A program made the translations under genes and the position numbers. Positions 1-14,337 of a stretch of 64,000 nt of DNA are shown here, one piece after another. The notes under the pieces are model-generated. The model saw only the letters and a program-made list of their open reading frames with translations. It had not been told where the DNA came from and did no database searches. The stretch's first letter is position 1. Every line of letters begins with the position of its first letter. Origin of the DNA: the human T2T-CHM13v2.0 reference genome, Homo sapiens; the NCBI RefSeq assembly GCF_009914755.1, contig NC_060926.1, one strand, 5' to 3'.

Positions 1-273
1 TGATGTATCTACTCAGCTAAAAGAGTTGAACCTTTCTTTTCTGAGAGCAGTTTTGAAACACTATTTTTGTGGAATCTGCAAGTGGATATTTGTCTAGCTT
101 TGAGGATTCCGTTGGAAACGGGATTACATAGAAAAAGCAGACAGCAGCATTCCCAGAAACTTCTTTGTGAAATTTGCATTCAAGTCACAGACTTGAACAT
201 TCCCTTTCATAGAGCAGGTTTGAAACACTCTTTTTGTAGTATCTGGATGTGGACGTTTGGAGCGCTTTCAGGC

Positions 274-290
274 CTATGGTGAAAAAGGAA
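274..290 (+). other. pJ-alpha (A-box) motif in the non-CENP-B monomers (example)
   Basis: ctatggtgaaaaaggaa here and ctacggtgaaaaaggaa at 616-632 match CTAYGGTGRAAAAGGAA. The motif sits at the position homologous to the CENP-B box in alternate monomers. Confidence 0.85.
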
Positions 291-444
291 ATATCTTCCC
301 CTGAAAACTAGACAGAAGCATTCTCAGAAACTTATTTGTGATGTGCGCCCTCAACTAACAGTGTTGAACCTTTCTTTTGATAGAGTAGTTTTGAAACACT
401 CTTTTTGTAAAATCTGCAAGAGGATATTTGGATAGCTTTGAGTA

Positions 445-461
445 TTTCGTTGGAAACGGGA
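445..461 (+). other. CENP-B box (example; sites recur every 338/342 bp through the array)
   Basis: tttcgttggaaacggga matches the 17-bp CENP-B box with core NTTCGNNNNANNCGGGN. Other intact examples: 1125-1141, 1467-1483, 2827-2843, 4522-4538. Confidence 0.97.
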
Positions 462-2677
462 TTGTCTTCATATAAACTCTAGACAGTAGCATTCTGAGAA
501 GCTTCATTGGGATGTTTCAATTGAAGTCACAGTGTTGAACAGTCCCTTTCATAGAGCAGGTTTGAAACACTCTTTTTGTAGCATCTGGAAGTGGACATTT
601 GGAGCGCTCTCAGGACTACGGTGAAAAAGGAAATATCTTCCAATAAAAGCTAGATAGAAGCAATGTGAGAAACTTTTTCATGATGTATCTACTCAGCTAA
701 AAGAGTTGAACCTTTCTTTTGAGAGAGCAGTTTTGAAACACTCTTTTTGTGGAATCTGCAAGTGGATATTTGTCTAGCTTTGAGGACTTCTTTGGAAACG
801 GGATTACATATAAAAAGCAGACAGCAGCATTCCCAGAAACTTCTTTGTGATGTTTGCATTCAAGTCACAGAGTTGAACATTCCCTTTCATAGAGCAGGTT
901 TGAAACACTCTTTTTGTAGTATCTGGATGTGGACATTTGGAGCGCTCTCAGGCCTATGGTGAAAAAGGAAATATCTTCCCCTGAAAACTAGATAGAAGCA
1001 TTCTGAGAAACTTATTTGTGATGTGCGCCCTCAACTAACAGTGTTGAACTTTTCTTTTGATAGAGCAGTTTTGAAACACTCTTTTTGTAAAATCTGCAAG
1101 AGGATATTTGGATAGCTTTGAGGATTTCGTTGGAAACGGGATTGTCTTCATATAAAATCTAGACAGAAGCATTCTCAGAAGCTTCATTGGGATGTTTCAA
1201 TTGAAGTCACAGTGTTGAACAGTCCCTTTCATAGAGCATGTTTGAAACAATCTTTTTGTAGTATCTGGAAGTGGACATTTGGAGCGCTCTCAGGACTACG
1301 GTGAAAAAGGAAATATCTTCCAAATAAAGCTAGATAGAAGCAATGTCAGAAAATTTTTCATGATGTATCTATTCAGCTAACAGAGTTGAACCTTTCTTTT
1401 GACAGAGCAGTTTTGAAACACTCTTTTTGTGGAATCTGCAAGTGGATATTTGTCTAGCTTTGAGGATTTCGTTGGAAACGGGATTACATATAAAAAGCAG
1501 ACAGCAGCATTCCCAGAAACTTCTTTGTGATATTTGCATTCAAGTCACAGACTTGAACATTCCCTTTCATAGAGCAGGTTTGAAACACTCTTTTTGTAGT
1601 ATCTGGATGTGGACATTTGGAGCGCTTTCAGGCCTATGGTGAAAAAGGAAATATCTTCCCCTGAAAACTAGACAGAAGCATTCTGAGAAACTTATTTGTG
1701 ATGTGCGCCCTCAACTAACAGTGTTGAAGCTTTCTTTTGATAGAGCAGTTTTGAAACACTCTTTTTGTAAAATCTGCAAGAGGATATTTGGATAGCTTTG
1801 AGGATTTCGTTGGAAACGGGATTGTCTTCATATACAATCTAGACAGAAGCATTCTCAGAAGCTTCATTGGGATGTTTCAATTAAAGTCACAGTGTTGAAC
1901 AGTCCCTATCGTAGAGCAGGTTTGAAACACTCTTTTTGTAATATCTGGAAGTGGAGATTTGGAGCGCTCTCAGGACTACGGTGAAAAAGGAAATATCTTC
2001 CAATAAAAGCTAGATAGAAGCAATGTCAGAAACTTTTTCATGATGTATCTACTCAGCTAACAGAGTTGAACCTTTTTTTTGAGAGAGCAGTTTTGAAACA
2101 CTCTTTTTGTTGGATCTGCAGGTGGATATTTGTCTAGCTTTGAGGATTTCGTTGGAAACGGGATTACATATAAAAAGCAGACAGCAGCATTCCCAGAAAC
2201 TTCTTTGTGATATTTGCATTCAAGTCACAGACTTGAACATTCCCTTTCATAGAGCAGGTTTGAAACACTCTTTTTGTAGTATCTGGATGTGGACATTTGG
2301 AGCGCTTTCAGGCCTATGGTGAAAAAGGAAATATCTTCCCCTGAAAACTAGACAGAAGCATTCTCAGAAACTTATTTGTGATGTGCGCCCTCAACTAACA
2401 GTGTTGAAGCTTTCTTTTGATAGAGCAGTTTTGAAACACTCTTTTTGTAAAATCTGCAAGAGGATATTTGGATAGCTTTGAGGATTTCATTGGGAACGGG
2501 ATTGTCTTCATATACAATCTAGACAGAAGCATTCTCAGAAGCTTCATTGGGATGTTTCAATTGAAGTCACAGTGTTGAACAGTCCCTTTCGTAGAGCAGG
2601 TTTGAAACACTCTTTTTGTAATATCTGGAAGTGGACATTTGGAGCGTTCTCAGGACTATGGTGAAAAAGGAAATATC

Positions 2678-5600
2678 TTCCAATAAAAGCTAGATAGAAG
2701 CAATGTCAGAAACTTTTTCATGATGTATCTACTCAGCTAACAGAGTTGAACCTTTCTTTTGAGAGAGCCGTTTTGAAACACTCTTTTTGTGGAATCTGCA
2801 AGTGGATATTTGTCTAGCTTTGAGGATTTCGTTGGAAACGGGATTACATATAAAAAGCAGACAGCAGCATTCCCAGAAACTTCTTTGTGATGTTTGCATT
2901 CAAGTCACAGAGTTGAACATTCCCTTTCATAGAGCAGGTTTGAAACACTCTTTTTGTAGTATCTGGATGTGGACATTTGAAGCGCTTTCAGGCCTATGGT
3001 GAAAAAGGAAATATCTTCCCCTGAAAACTAGACAGAAGCATTCTCAGAAACTTATTTGTGATGTGCGCCCTCAACTAACAGTGTTAAACCTTTCTTTTGA
3101 TAGAGTAGTTTTGAAACACTCTTTGTAAAATCTGCAAGAGGATATTTTGATAGCTTTGAGGAATTCTTTGGAAACGGATTGTCTTCATATAAAATCTAGA
3201 CAAAAGCATTCTCAGAAGCTTCATTGGGATGTTTCAATTGAAGTCACAGTGTTGAACAGTCCCTTTCATAGAGCATGTTTGAAACAATCTTTTTGTAGTA
3301 TCTGGAAGTGGACATTTGGAGCGTTCTCAGGACGACAGTGAAAAAGGAAATATCTTCCAATAAAAGCTAGATAGAAGAAATGTCAGAAAATTTTTCATGA
3401 TGTATCTACTCAGCTAACAGAGTTGAACCTTTCTTTGGAGAGAGTAGTTTTGAAACACTCTTTTTGTGGAATCTGCAAGTGGATATTTGTCTAGTTTTGA
3501 GGATTGCGTTGGAAACGGTATTACATATAAAAAGCAGACAGCAGCATTCCCAGAAACTTCTTTGTGATATTTGCATTGAAGTCACAGACTTGAACATTCC
3601 GTTTCATAGAGCAGGTTTGAAACACTCTTTTTGTAGTATCTGGATGTGGACATTTGGAGCGCTTTCAGGCCTATGGTGAAAAAGGAAATATCTTCCCCTG
3701 AAAACTAGACAGAAGCATTCTCAGAAACTTATTTGTCATGTGCGCCCTCAACTAACAGTGTTGAACCTTTCTTTTGATAGAGCAGTTTTGATACACTCTT
3801 TTTGTAAAATCCGCAAGAGGATATTTGGATAGCTTTGAGGATTACGTTGGAAACGGGATTGTCTTCATATAGAATCTAGACAGAATCATTCTCAGAAGCT
3901 TCATTGGGATGTTTCAATTGAAGTCACAGTGTTGAACAGTCCCTTTCATAGAGCAGATTTGAAACACTCTTTTTGTAGTATCTGGAAGTGGACATTTGGA
4001 GCGCTCTCAGGACTACAGTGAAAAAGGAAATATCTTCCAATAAAAGCTAGATAGAAGCAATGTCAGAAAATTTTTCATGATGTATCTACTCAGCTAACAG
4101 GGTTGAACCTTTCTTTTGAGAGAGCAGTTTTGAAACACTCTTTTTGTGGAATCTGCAAGTGGATATTTGTCTAGCTTTGAGGATTGCGTTGGAAACGGGA
4201 TTACATATAAAAAGCAGACAGCAGCATTCCCAGAAACTTCTTTGTGATATTTGCATTCAAGTCACAGACTTGAACATTCCCTTCCATAGAGCAGGTTTGA
4301 AACACTCTTTTTGTAGTATCTGGATGTGGACATTTGGAGCGCTTTCAGGCCTATGGTGAAAAAGGAAATATCTTCCCCTGAAAACTAGACAGAAGCATTC
4401 TCAGAATCTTATTTGTGATGTGCGCCCTCAACTAACAGTGTTGAAGCTTTCTTTTGATAGAGCAGTTTTGAAACACTCTTTTTGTAAAATCTGCAAGAGG
4501 ATATTTGGATAGCTTTGAGGATTTCGTTGGAAACGGGATTGTCTTCATATAAAATCTAGACAGAAGCATTCTCAGAAGCTTCATTGGGATGTTTCAATTG
4601 AAGTCACAGTGTTGAACAGTCCCTTTCATAGAGCACGTTTGAAACAATCTTTTTGTAGTATCTGGAAGTGGACATTTGGAGCGTTCTCAGGACTGCGGTG
4701 AAAAAGGAAATATCTTCCAAATAAAGCTAGATAGAAGCAATGTCAGAAAATTTTTCATGATGTATCTACTCAGCTAACAGAGTTGAACCTTTCTTTTGAC
4801 AGAGCAGTTTTGAAACACTCTTTTTGTGGAATCTGCAAGTGGATATTTGTCTAGCTTTGAGGATTTCGTTGGAAACGGGATTACATATAAAAAGCGGACA
4901 GCAGCATTCCCAGAAACTTCTTTGTGATATTTGCATTCAAGTCACAGACTTGAACATTCCCTTTCATAGAGCAGGTTTGAAACACTCTTTTTGTAGTATC
5001 TGGATGTGGACATTTGGAGCGCTTTCAGGCCTATGGTGAAAAAGGAAATATCTTCCCCTGAAAACTAGACAGAAGCATTCTCAGAAACTTATTTGTGATG
5101 TGCGCCCTCAACTAACAGTGTTGAAGCTTTCTTTTGATAGAGCAGTTTTGAAACACTCTTTTTGTAAAATCTGCAAGAGGATATTTGGATAGCTTTGAGG
5201 ATTTCGTTGGAAACGGGATTGTCTTCATATACAATCTAGACAGAAGCATTCTCAGAAGCTTCATTTGGATGTTTCAATTAAAGTCACAGTGTTGAACAGT
5301 CCCTATCGTAGAGCAGGTTTGAAACACTCTTTTTGTAATATCTGGAAGTGGAGATTTGGAGCGCTCTCAGGACTACGGTGAAAAAGGAAATATATTCCAA
5401 TAAAAGCTAGATAGAAGCAATGTCAGAAACTTTTTCATGATGTATCTACTCAGCTAACAGAGTTGAACCTTTCTTTTGAGAGAGCCGTTTTGAAACACTC
5501 TTTTTGTGGAATCTGCAAGTGGATATTTGTCTAGCTTTGAGGATTTCGTTGGAAACGGGATTACATATAAAAAGCAGACAGCAGCATTCCCAGAAACTTC

Positions 5601-8189
5601 TTTGTGATGTTTGCATTCAAGTCACAGAGTTGAACATTCCCTTTCATAGAGCAGGTTTGAAACACTCTTTTTGTAGTATCTGGATGTGGACATTTGAAGC
5701 GCTTTCAGGCCTATGGTGAAAAAGGAAATATCTTCCCCTGAAAACTAGACAGAAGCATTCTCAGAAACTTATTTGTGATGTGCGCCCTCAACTAACAGTG
5801 TTAAACCTTTCTTTTGATAGAGTAGTTTTGAAACACTCTTTGTAAAATCTGCAAGAGGATATTTTGATAGCTTTGAGGAATTCTTTGGAAACGGATTGTC
5901 TTCATATAAAATCTAGACAAAAGCATTCTCAGAAGCTTCATTGGGATGTTTCAATTGAAGTCACAGTGTTGAACAGTCCCTTTCATAGAGCATGTTTGAA
6001 ACAATCTTTTTGTAGTATCTGGAAGTGGACATTTGGAGCGTTCTCAGGACGACAGTGAAAAAGGAAATATCTTCCAATAAAAGCTAGATAGAAGAAATGT
6101 CAGAAAATTTTTCATGATGTATCTACTCAGCTAACAGAGTTGAACCTTTCTTTGGAGAGAGTAGTTTTGAAACACTCTTTTTGTGGAATCTGCAAGTGGA
6201 TATTTGTCTAGTTTTGAGGATTGCGTTGGAAACGGTATTACATATAAAAAGCAGACAGCAGCATTCCCAGAAACTTCTTTGTGATATTTGCATTGAAGTC
6301 ACAGACTTGAACATTCCGTTTCATAGAGCAGGTTTGAAACACTCTTTTTGTAGTATCTGGATGTGGACATTTGGAGCGCTTTCAGGCCTATGGTGAAAAA
6401 GGAAATATCTTCCCCTGAAAACTAGACAGAAGCATTCTCAGAAACTTATTTGTCATGTGCGCCCTCAACTAACAGTGTTGAACCTTTCTTTTGATAGAGC
6501 AGTTTTGATACACTCTTTTTGTAAAATCCGCAAGAGGATATTTGGATAGCTTTGAGGATTACGTTGGAAACGGGATTGTCTTCATATAGAATCTAGACAG
6601 AATCATTCTCAGAAGCTTCATTGGGATGTTTCAATTGAAGTCACAGTGTTGAACAGTCCCTTTCATAGAGCAGATTTGAAACACTCTTTTTGTAGTATCT
6701 GGAAGTGGACATTTGGAGCGCTCTCAGGACTACAGTGAAAAAGGAAATATCTTCCAATAAAAGCTAGATAGAAGCAATGTCAGAAAATTTTTCATGATGT
6801 ATCTACTCAGCTAACAGGGTTGAACCTTTCTTTTGAGAGAGCAGTTTTGAAACACTCTTTTTGTGGAATCTGCAAGTGGATATTTGTCTAGCTTTGAGGA
6901 TTGCGTTGGAAACGGGATTACATATAAAAAGCAGACAGCAGCATTCCCAGAAACTTCTTTGTGATATTTGCATTCAAGTCACAGACTTGAACATTCCCTT
7001 CCATAGAGCAGGTTTGAAACACTCTTTTTGTAGTATCTGGATGTGGACATTTGGAGCGCTTTCAGGCCTATGGTGAAAAAGGAAATATCTTCCCCTGAAA
7101 ACTAGACAGAAGCATTCTCAGAATCTTATTTGTGATGTGCGCCCTCAACTAACAGTGTTGAAGCTTTCTTTTGATAGAGCAGTTTTGAAACACTCTTTTT
7201 GTAAAATCTGCAAGAGGATATTTGGATAGCTTTGAGGATTTCGTTGGAAACGGGATTGTCTTCATATAAAATCTAGACAGAAGCATTCTCAGAAGCTTCA
7301 TTGGGATGTTTCAATTGAAGTCACAGTGTTGAACAGTCCCTTTCATAGAGCACGTTTGAAACAATCTTTTTGTAGTATCTGGAAGTGGACATTTGGAGCG
7401 TTCTCAGGACTGCGGTGAAAAAGGAAATATCTTCCAAATAAAGCTAGATAGAAGCAATGTCAGAAAATTTTTCATGATGTATCTACTCAGCTAACAGAGT
7501 TGAACCTTTCTTTTGACAGAGCAGTTTTGAAACACTCTTTTTGTGGAATCTGCAAGTGGATATTTGTCTAGCTTTGAGGATTTCGTTGGAAACGGGATTA
7601 CATATAAAAAGCGGACAGCAGCATTCCCAGAAACTTCTTTGTGATATTTGCATTCAAGTCACAGACTTGAACATTCCCTTTCATAGAGCAGGTTTGAAAC
7701 ACTCTTTTTGTAGTATCTGGATGTGGACATTTGGAGCGCTTTCAGGCCTATGGTGAAAAAGGAAATATCTTCCCCTGAAAACTAGACAGAAGCATTCTCA
7801 GAAACTTATTTGTGATGTGCGCCCTCAACTAACAGTGTTGAAGCTTTCTTTTGATAGAGCAGTTTTGAAACACTCTTTTTGTAAAATCTGCAAGAGGATA
7901 TTTGGATAGCTTTGAGGATTTCGTTGGAAACGGGATTGTCTTCATATACAATCTAGACAGAAGCATTCTCAGAAGCTTCATTTGGATGTTTCAATTAAAG
8001 TCACAGTGTTGAACAGTCCCTATCGTAGAGCAGGTTTGAAACACTCTTTTTGTAATATCTGGAAGTGGAGATTTGGAGCGCTCTCAGGACTACGGTGAAA
8101 AAGGAAATATATTCCAATAAAAGCTAGATAGAAGCAATGTCAGAAACTTTTTCATGATGTATCTACTCAGCTAACAGAGTTGAACCTTT
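2678..8189 (+). repeat. Tandem duplication of a 4-HOR block (2717 bp x 2)
   Basis: 2678-5472 matches 5395-8189 at offset 2717. Shared private markers: EcoRI GAATTC 3161/5878, tttgaagcg, aaagcggaca, tcatttggat, tatattcc. The ORF variants repeat in order (2787/5504, 3464/6181, 4144/6861, 4824/7541). Confidence 0.93.
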
Positions 8190-11100
8190 TTTTTGATAGA
8201 GCAGTTTTGAAACACTCTTTTTGTTGGATCTGCAGGTGGATATTTGTCTAGCTTTGAGGATTTCGTTGGAAACGGGATTACATATAAAAAGCAGACAGCA
8301 GCATTCCCAGAAACTTCTTTGTGATATTTGCATTCAAGTCACAGACTTGAACATTCCCTTTCATAGAGCAGGTTTGAAACACTCTTTTTGTAGTATCTGG
8401 ATGTGGACATTTGGAGCGCTTTCAGGCCTATGGTGAAAAAGGAAATATCTTCCCCTGAAAACTAGACAGAAGCATTCTCAGAAACTTATTTGTGATGTGC
8501 GCCCTCAACTAACAGTGTTGAAGCTTTCTTTTGATAGAGCAGTTTTGAAACACTCTTTTTGTAAAATCTGCAAGAGGATATTTGGATAGCTTTGAGGATT
8601 TCGTTGGAAACGGGATTGTCTTCATATACAATCTAGACAGAAGCATTCTCAGAAGCTTCATTGGGATGTTTCAATTGAAGTCACAGTGTTGAACAGTCCC
8701 TTTCGTAGAGCAGGTTTGAAACACTCTTTTTGTAATATCTGGAAGTGGACATTTGGAGCGTTCTCAGGACTATGGTGAAAAAGGAAATATCTTCCAATAA
8801 AAGCTAGATAGAAGCAATGTCAGAAACTTTTTCATGATGTATCTACTCAGCTAACAGAGTTGAACCTTTCTTTTGAGAGAGCCGTTTTGAAACACTCTTT
8901 TTGTGGAATCTGCAAGTGGATATTTGTCTAGCTTTGAGGATTTCGTTGGAAACGGGATTACATATAAAAAGCAGACAGCAGCATTCCCAGAAACTTCTTT
9001 GTGATGTTTGCATTCAAGTCACAGAGTTGAACATTCCCTTTCATAGAGCAGGTTTGAAACACTCTTTTTGTAGTATCTGGATGTGGACATTTGGAGCGCT
9101 TTCAGGCCTATGGTGAAAAAGGAAATATCTTCCCCTGAAAACTAGACAGAAGCATTCTCAGAAACTTATTTGTGATGTGCGCCCTCAACTAACAGTGTTA
9201 AACCTTTCTTTTGATAGAGTAGTTTTGAAACACTCTTTGTAAAATCTGCAAGAGGATATTTTGATAGCTTTGAGGATTTCTTTGGAAACGGGATTGTCTT
9301 CATATAAAATCTAGACAAAAGCATTCTCAGAAGCTTCATTGGGATGTTTCAATTGAAGTCACAGTGTTGAACAGTCCCTTTCATAGAGCATGTTTGAAAC
9401 ACTCTTTTTGTAGTATCTGGAAGTTGACATTTGGAGCGTTTTCAGGACTACGGTGAAAAAGGAAATATCTTCCAAATAAAGCTAGATAGAAGCAATGTCA
9501 GAAAATTTTTCATGATGTATCTACTCAGCTAACAGAATTTAACCTTTCTTTTGAGAGAGCAGTTTTGAAACACTCTTTTTGTGGAATCTGCAAGTGGATA
9601 TTTGTCTAGGTTTGAGGATTTCGTTGGAAACGGGATTGCATATAAAAAGCAGACAGCAGCATTCCCAGAAACTTCTTTGTGATGTTTGCATTCAAGTCAC
9701 AGAGTTGAACATTCCCTTTCATAGAGCAGGTTTGAAACACTCTTTTTGTAGTATCTGGATGTGGACATTTGGAGCGCTTTCAGGCCTATGGTGAAAAAGG
9801 AAATATCTTCCCCTGAAAACTAGACAGAAGCATTCTCAGAAACTTATTTGTTATGTGCACCCTCAACTAACAGTGTTGAAGCTTTCTTTTGACAGAGCAG
9901 TTTGAAACACTCTTTTTGTAAAATCTCCAAGAGGATATTTGCATAGCTTTGAGGATTTCGGTGGAAATGGGATTGTCTTCATATAAACTCTAGACAGTAG
10001 CATTCTCAGAAGCTTCATTGGGATGTTTCAATTGAAGTCACAGTGTTGAACAGTCCGTTTCATAGAGCAGGTTTGAAACACTCTTTTTGTAGTATCTGGA
10101 AGTGGACATTTGGAGCGCTCTCAAGACTACGGTGAAAAAGGAAATATCTTCCAATAAAAGCTAGATAGAAGCAATGTCAGAAACTTTTTCATGATGTATC
10201 TACTCAGCTAACAGAGTTGAACCTTTTTTTTGAGAGAGCAGTTTTGAAACACTCTTTTTGTTCGATCTGCAGGTGGATATTTGTCTAGGTTTGAGGATTT
10301 CGTTGGAAACGGGATTACATATAAAAAACAGACAGCAGCATTCCCAGAAACTTCTTTGTGATGTTTGCATTCAAGTCACAGAGTTGAACATTCCCTTTCG
10401 TAGAGCAGGTTTGAAACACTCTTTTTGTAGTATCTGGATGTGGACATTTGGAGCGCTCTCAGGCCTATGGTGAAAAAGGAAATATCTTCCCCTGGAAACT
10501 ACACAGAAGCATTCTCAGAAACTTATTTGTGATGTGCGCCCTCAACTAACAATGTTGAACCTTTCTGTTGATAGAGTAGTTTTGAAACACTCTTCTTGTA
10601 AAATCTGCAAGAGGATATTTGGATAGCTTTGAGGATTTCGTTGGAAACGGGATTGTCTTCATATTAACCCTAGACAGTAGCATTCTCAGAAGGTTCATTG
10701 GGATGTTTCAATTGAAGTCACAGTGTTGAACAGTCACTTTCATAGAGCAGGTTTGAAACACTCTTTTTGTAGCATCTGGAAGTGGACATTTGGAGCGCTC
10801 TCAGGACTACGGTGAAAAAGGAAATATCTTCCAATAAAAGCTAGATAGAAGCAATGTCAGAAACTTTTTCATGATGTATCTACTCAGCTAAAAGAGTTGA
10901 ACCTTTCTTTTGTGAGAGCAGTCTTGAAACACTATTTTTGTGGAATCTGCAAGTGGATATTTGTCTAGCTTTGAGGATTTCGTTGGAAACGAGATTACAT
11001 ATAAAAAGCAGACAGCAGCATTCCCAGAAACTACTTTGTGAAATTTGCATTCAAGTCACAGACTTGAACATTCCCTTTCATAGAGCAGGTTTGAAACACT

Positions 11101-14100
11101 CTTTTTGTAGTATCTGGATGTGGACGTTTGGAGCGCTTTCAGGCCTACGGTGAAAAAGGAAATATCTTCCCCTGAAAACTATACAGAAGCATTCTCAGAA
11201 ACTTATTTGTGATGTGCGCCCTCAACTAACAGTGTTGAAGCTTTCTTTTGATAGAGCAGTTTTGAAACACTCTTTTTGTAAAATCTGCAAGAGGATATTT
11301 GGATAGCTTTGAGGATTTCGTTGGAAACGGGATTGTCTTCATATAGAATCTAGACAGAAGCATTCTCAGAAGCTTCATTCGGATGTTTCAATTGAAGTCA
11401 CAGTGTTGAACAGTCCCTTTCATAGAGCATGTTTGAAACACTCTTTTTGTAGTATCTGGAAGTGGACATTTGGAGCGTTCTCAGGACGACAGTGAAAAAG
11501 GAAATATCTTCCAACAAAAGCTAGATAGAAGAAATGTCAGAAAATTTTTCATGATGTATCTACTCAGCTAACAGAGTTGAACCTTTCTTTGGAGAGAGTA
11601 GTTTTGAAACACTCTTTTTGTGGAATCTGCAAGTGGATATTTGTCTAGTTTTGAGGATTGCGTTGGAAACGGTATTACATATAAAAAGCAGACAGCAGCA
11701 TTCCCAGAAACTTCTTTGTGATATTTGCATTGAAGTCACAGACTTGAACATTCCGTTTCATAGAGCAGGTTTGAAACACTCTTTTTGTAGTATCTGGATG
11801 TGGACATTTGGAGCGCTTTCAGGCCTATGGTGAAAAAGGAAATATCTTCCCCTGAAAACTAGACAGAAGCATTCTCAGAAACTTATTTGTCATGTGCGCC
11901 CTCAACTAACAGTGTTGAACCTTTCTTTTGATAGAGCAGTTTTGATACACTCTTTTTGTAAAATCCGCAAGAGGATATTTGGATAGCTTTGAGGATTACG
12001 TTGGAAACGGGATTGTCTTCATATAGAATCTAGACAGAATCATTCTCAGAAGCTTCATTGGGATGTTTCAATTGAAGTCACAGTGTTGAACAGTCCCTTT
12101 CATAGAGCAGATTTGAAACACTCTTTTTGTAGTATCTGGAAGTGGACATTTGGAGCGCTCTCAGGACTACAGTGAAAAAGGAAATATCTTCCAATAAAAG
12201 CTAGATAGAAGCAATGTCAGAAAATTTTTCATGATGTATCTACTCAGCTAACAGGGTTGAACCTTTCTTTTGAGAGAGCAGTTTTGAAACACTCTTTTTG
12301 TGGAATCTGCAAGTGGATATTTGTCTAGCTTTGAGGATTGCGTTGGAAACGGGATTACATATAAAAAGCAGACAGCAGCATTCCCAGAAACTTCTTTGTG
12401 ATATTTGCATTCAAGTCACAGACTTGAACATTCCCTTCCATAGAGCGGGTTTGAAACACTCTTTTTGTAGTATCTGGATGTGGACATTTGGAGCGCTTTC
12501 AGGCCTATGGTGAAAAAGGAAATATCTTCCCCTGAAAACTAGACAGAAGCATTCTCAGAATCTTATTTGTGATGTGCGCCCTCAACTAACAGTGTTGAAG
12601 CTTTCTTTTGATAGAGCAGTTTTGAAACACTCTTTTTGTAAAATCTGCAAGAGGATATTTGGATAGCTTTGAGGATTTCGTTGGAAACGGGATTGTCTTC
12701 ATATAAAATCTAGACAGAAGCATTCTCAGAAGCTTCATTGGGATGTTTCAATTGAAGTCACAGTGTTGAACAGTCCCTTTCATAGAGCACGTTTGAAACA
12801 ATCTTTTTGTAGTATCTGGAAGTGGACATTTGGAGCGTTCTCAGGACTACGGTGAAAAAGGAAATATCTTCCAAATAAAGCTAGATAGAAGCAATGTCAG
12901 AAAATTTTTCATGATGTATCTACTCAGCTAACAGAGTTGAACCTTTCTTTTGACAGAGCAGTTTTGAAACACTCTTTTTGTGGAATCTGCAAGTGGATAT
13001 TTGTCTAGATTTGAGGATTTCGTTGGAAACGGGATTACATATAAAAAGCAGACAGCAGCATTCCCAGAAACTTCTTTGTGATATTTGCATTCAAGTCACA
13101 GACTTGAACATTCCCTTTCATAGAGCAGGTTTGAAACACTCTTTTTGTAGTATCTGGATGTGGACATTTGGAGCGCTTTCAGGCCTATGGTGAAAAAGGA
13201 AATATCTTCCCCTGAAAACTAGACAGAAGCATTCTCAGAAACTAATTTGTGATGTGCGCCCTCAACTAACAGTGTTGAAGCTTTCTTTTGATAGAGCAGA
13301 TTTGAAACACTCTTTTTGTAAAATCTGCAAGAGGATATTTGGATAGCTTTGAGGATTTCGTTGGAAACGGGATTGTCTTCATATACAATCTAGACAGAAG
13401 CATTCTCAGAAGCTTCATTGGGATGTTTCAATTGAAGTCACAGTGTTGAACAGTCCCTTTCGTAGAGCAGGTTTGAAACACTCTTTTTGTAATATCTGGA
13501 AGTGGACATTTGGAGCGTTCTCAGGACTATGGTGAAAAAGGAAATATCTTCCAATAAAAGCTAGATAGAAGCAATGTCAGAAACTTTTTCATGATGTATC
13601 TACTCAGCTAAAAGAGTTGAACCTTTCTTTTGAGAGAGCAGTTTTGAAACACTATTTTTGTGGAATCTGCAAGTGGATATTTGTCTAGCTTTGAGGATTT
13701 CGTTGGAAACGGGATTACATATAAAAAGCAGACAGCAGCATTCCGAGAAAGCTCTTTGTGAAATTTGCATTCAAGTCACAGACTTGAACATTCCCTTTCA
13801 TAGAGCAGGTTTGAAACACTCTTTTTGTAGTATCTGGATGTGGACATTTGGAGCGCTTTCAGGCCTATGGTGAAAAAGGAAATATCTTCCCCTGAAAACT
13901 AGACAGAAGCATTCTCAGAAACTTATTTGTGATGTGCGCCCTCAACTAACGGTGTTGAAGCTTTCTTTTGATAGAGCAGTTTTGAAACACTCTTTTTGTA
14001 AAATCTGCAAGAGGATATTTGGATAGCTTTGAGGATTTCGTTGGAAACGGGATTGTCTTCATATAGAATCTAGACAGAAGCATTCTCAGAAGCTTCATTG

Positions 14101-14337
14101 GGATGTTTCAATTGAAGTCACAGTGTTGAACAGTCCCTTTCATAGAGCAGGTTTGAAACACTCTTTTTGTAGTATCTGGAGGTGGACATTTGGAGCGTTC
14201 TCAGGACTACAGTGGAAAAGGAAATATCTTCCAGTAAAAGCTAGATAGAAGCAATGTCAGAAAATTTTTCATGATGTATCTACTCAGCTAACAGAGTTGA
14301 ACCTTTCTTTTGAGAGAGCAGTTTTGAAACACTCTTT

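Larger units (their letters stand above)
107..786 (+). repeat. Representative single 680-bp HOR unit (B-box / A-box / B-box / A-box monomers)
   Basis: Box positions are 107 (CENP-B type), 274 (pJ-alpha), 445 (CENP-B) and 616 (pJ-alpha); the next unit starts at 787. The 167-bp spacing comes from 4 missing bases after box 1 (gggattacatat vs gggattgtcttcatat). Confidence 0.95.

Noticed and set aside
150-525. Short palindromes and transcription-factor-like motifs (ttcccagaa/ttctcagaa GAS-like, gaagcttc, ttcaattgaa 516-525) and aataaa hexamers
   Set aside because: These are constitutive short features of the repeat unit and are expected in AT-rich alphoid DNA. Nothing in the sequence supports a regulatory, cruciform or polyadenylation role here.
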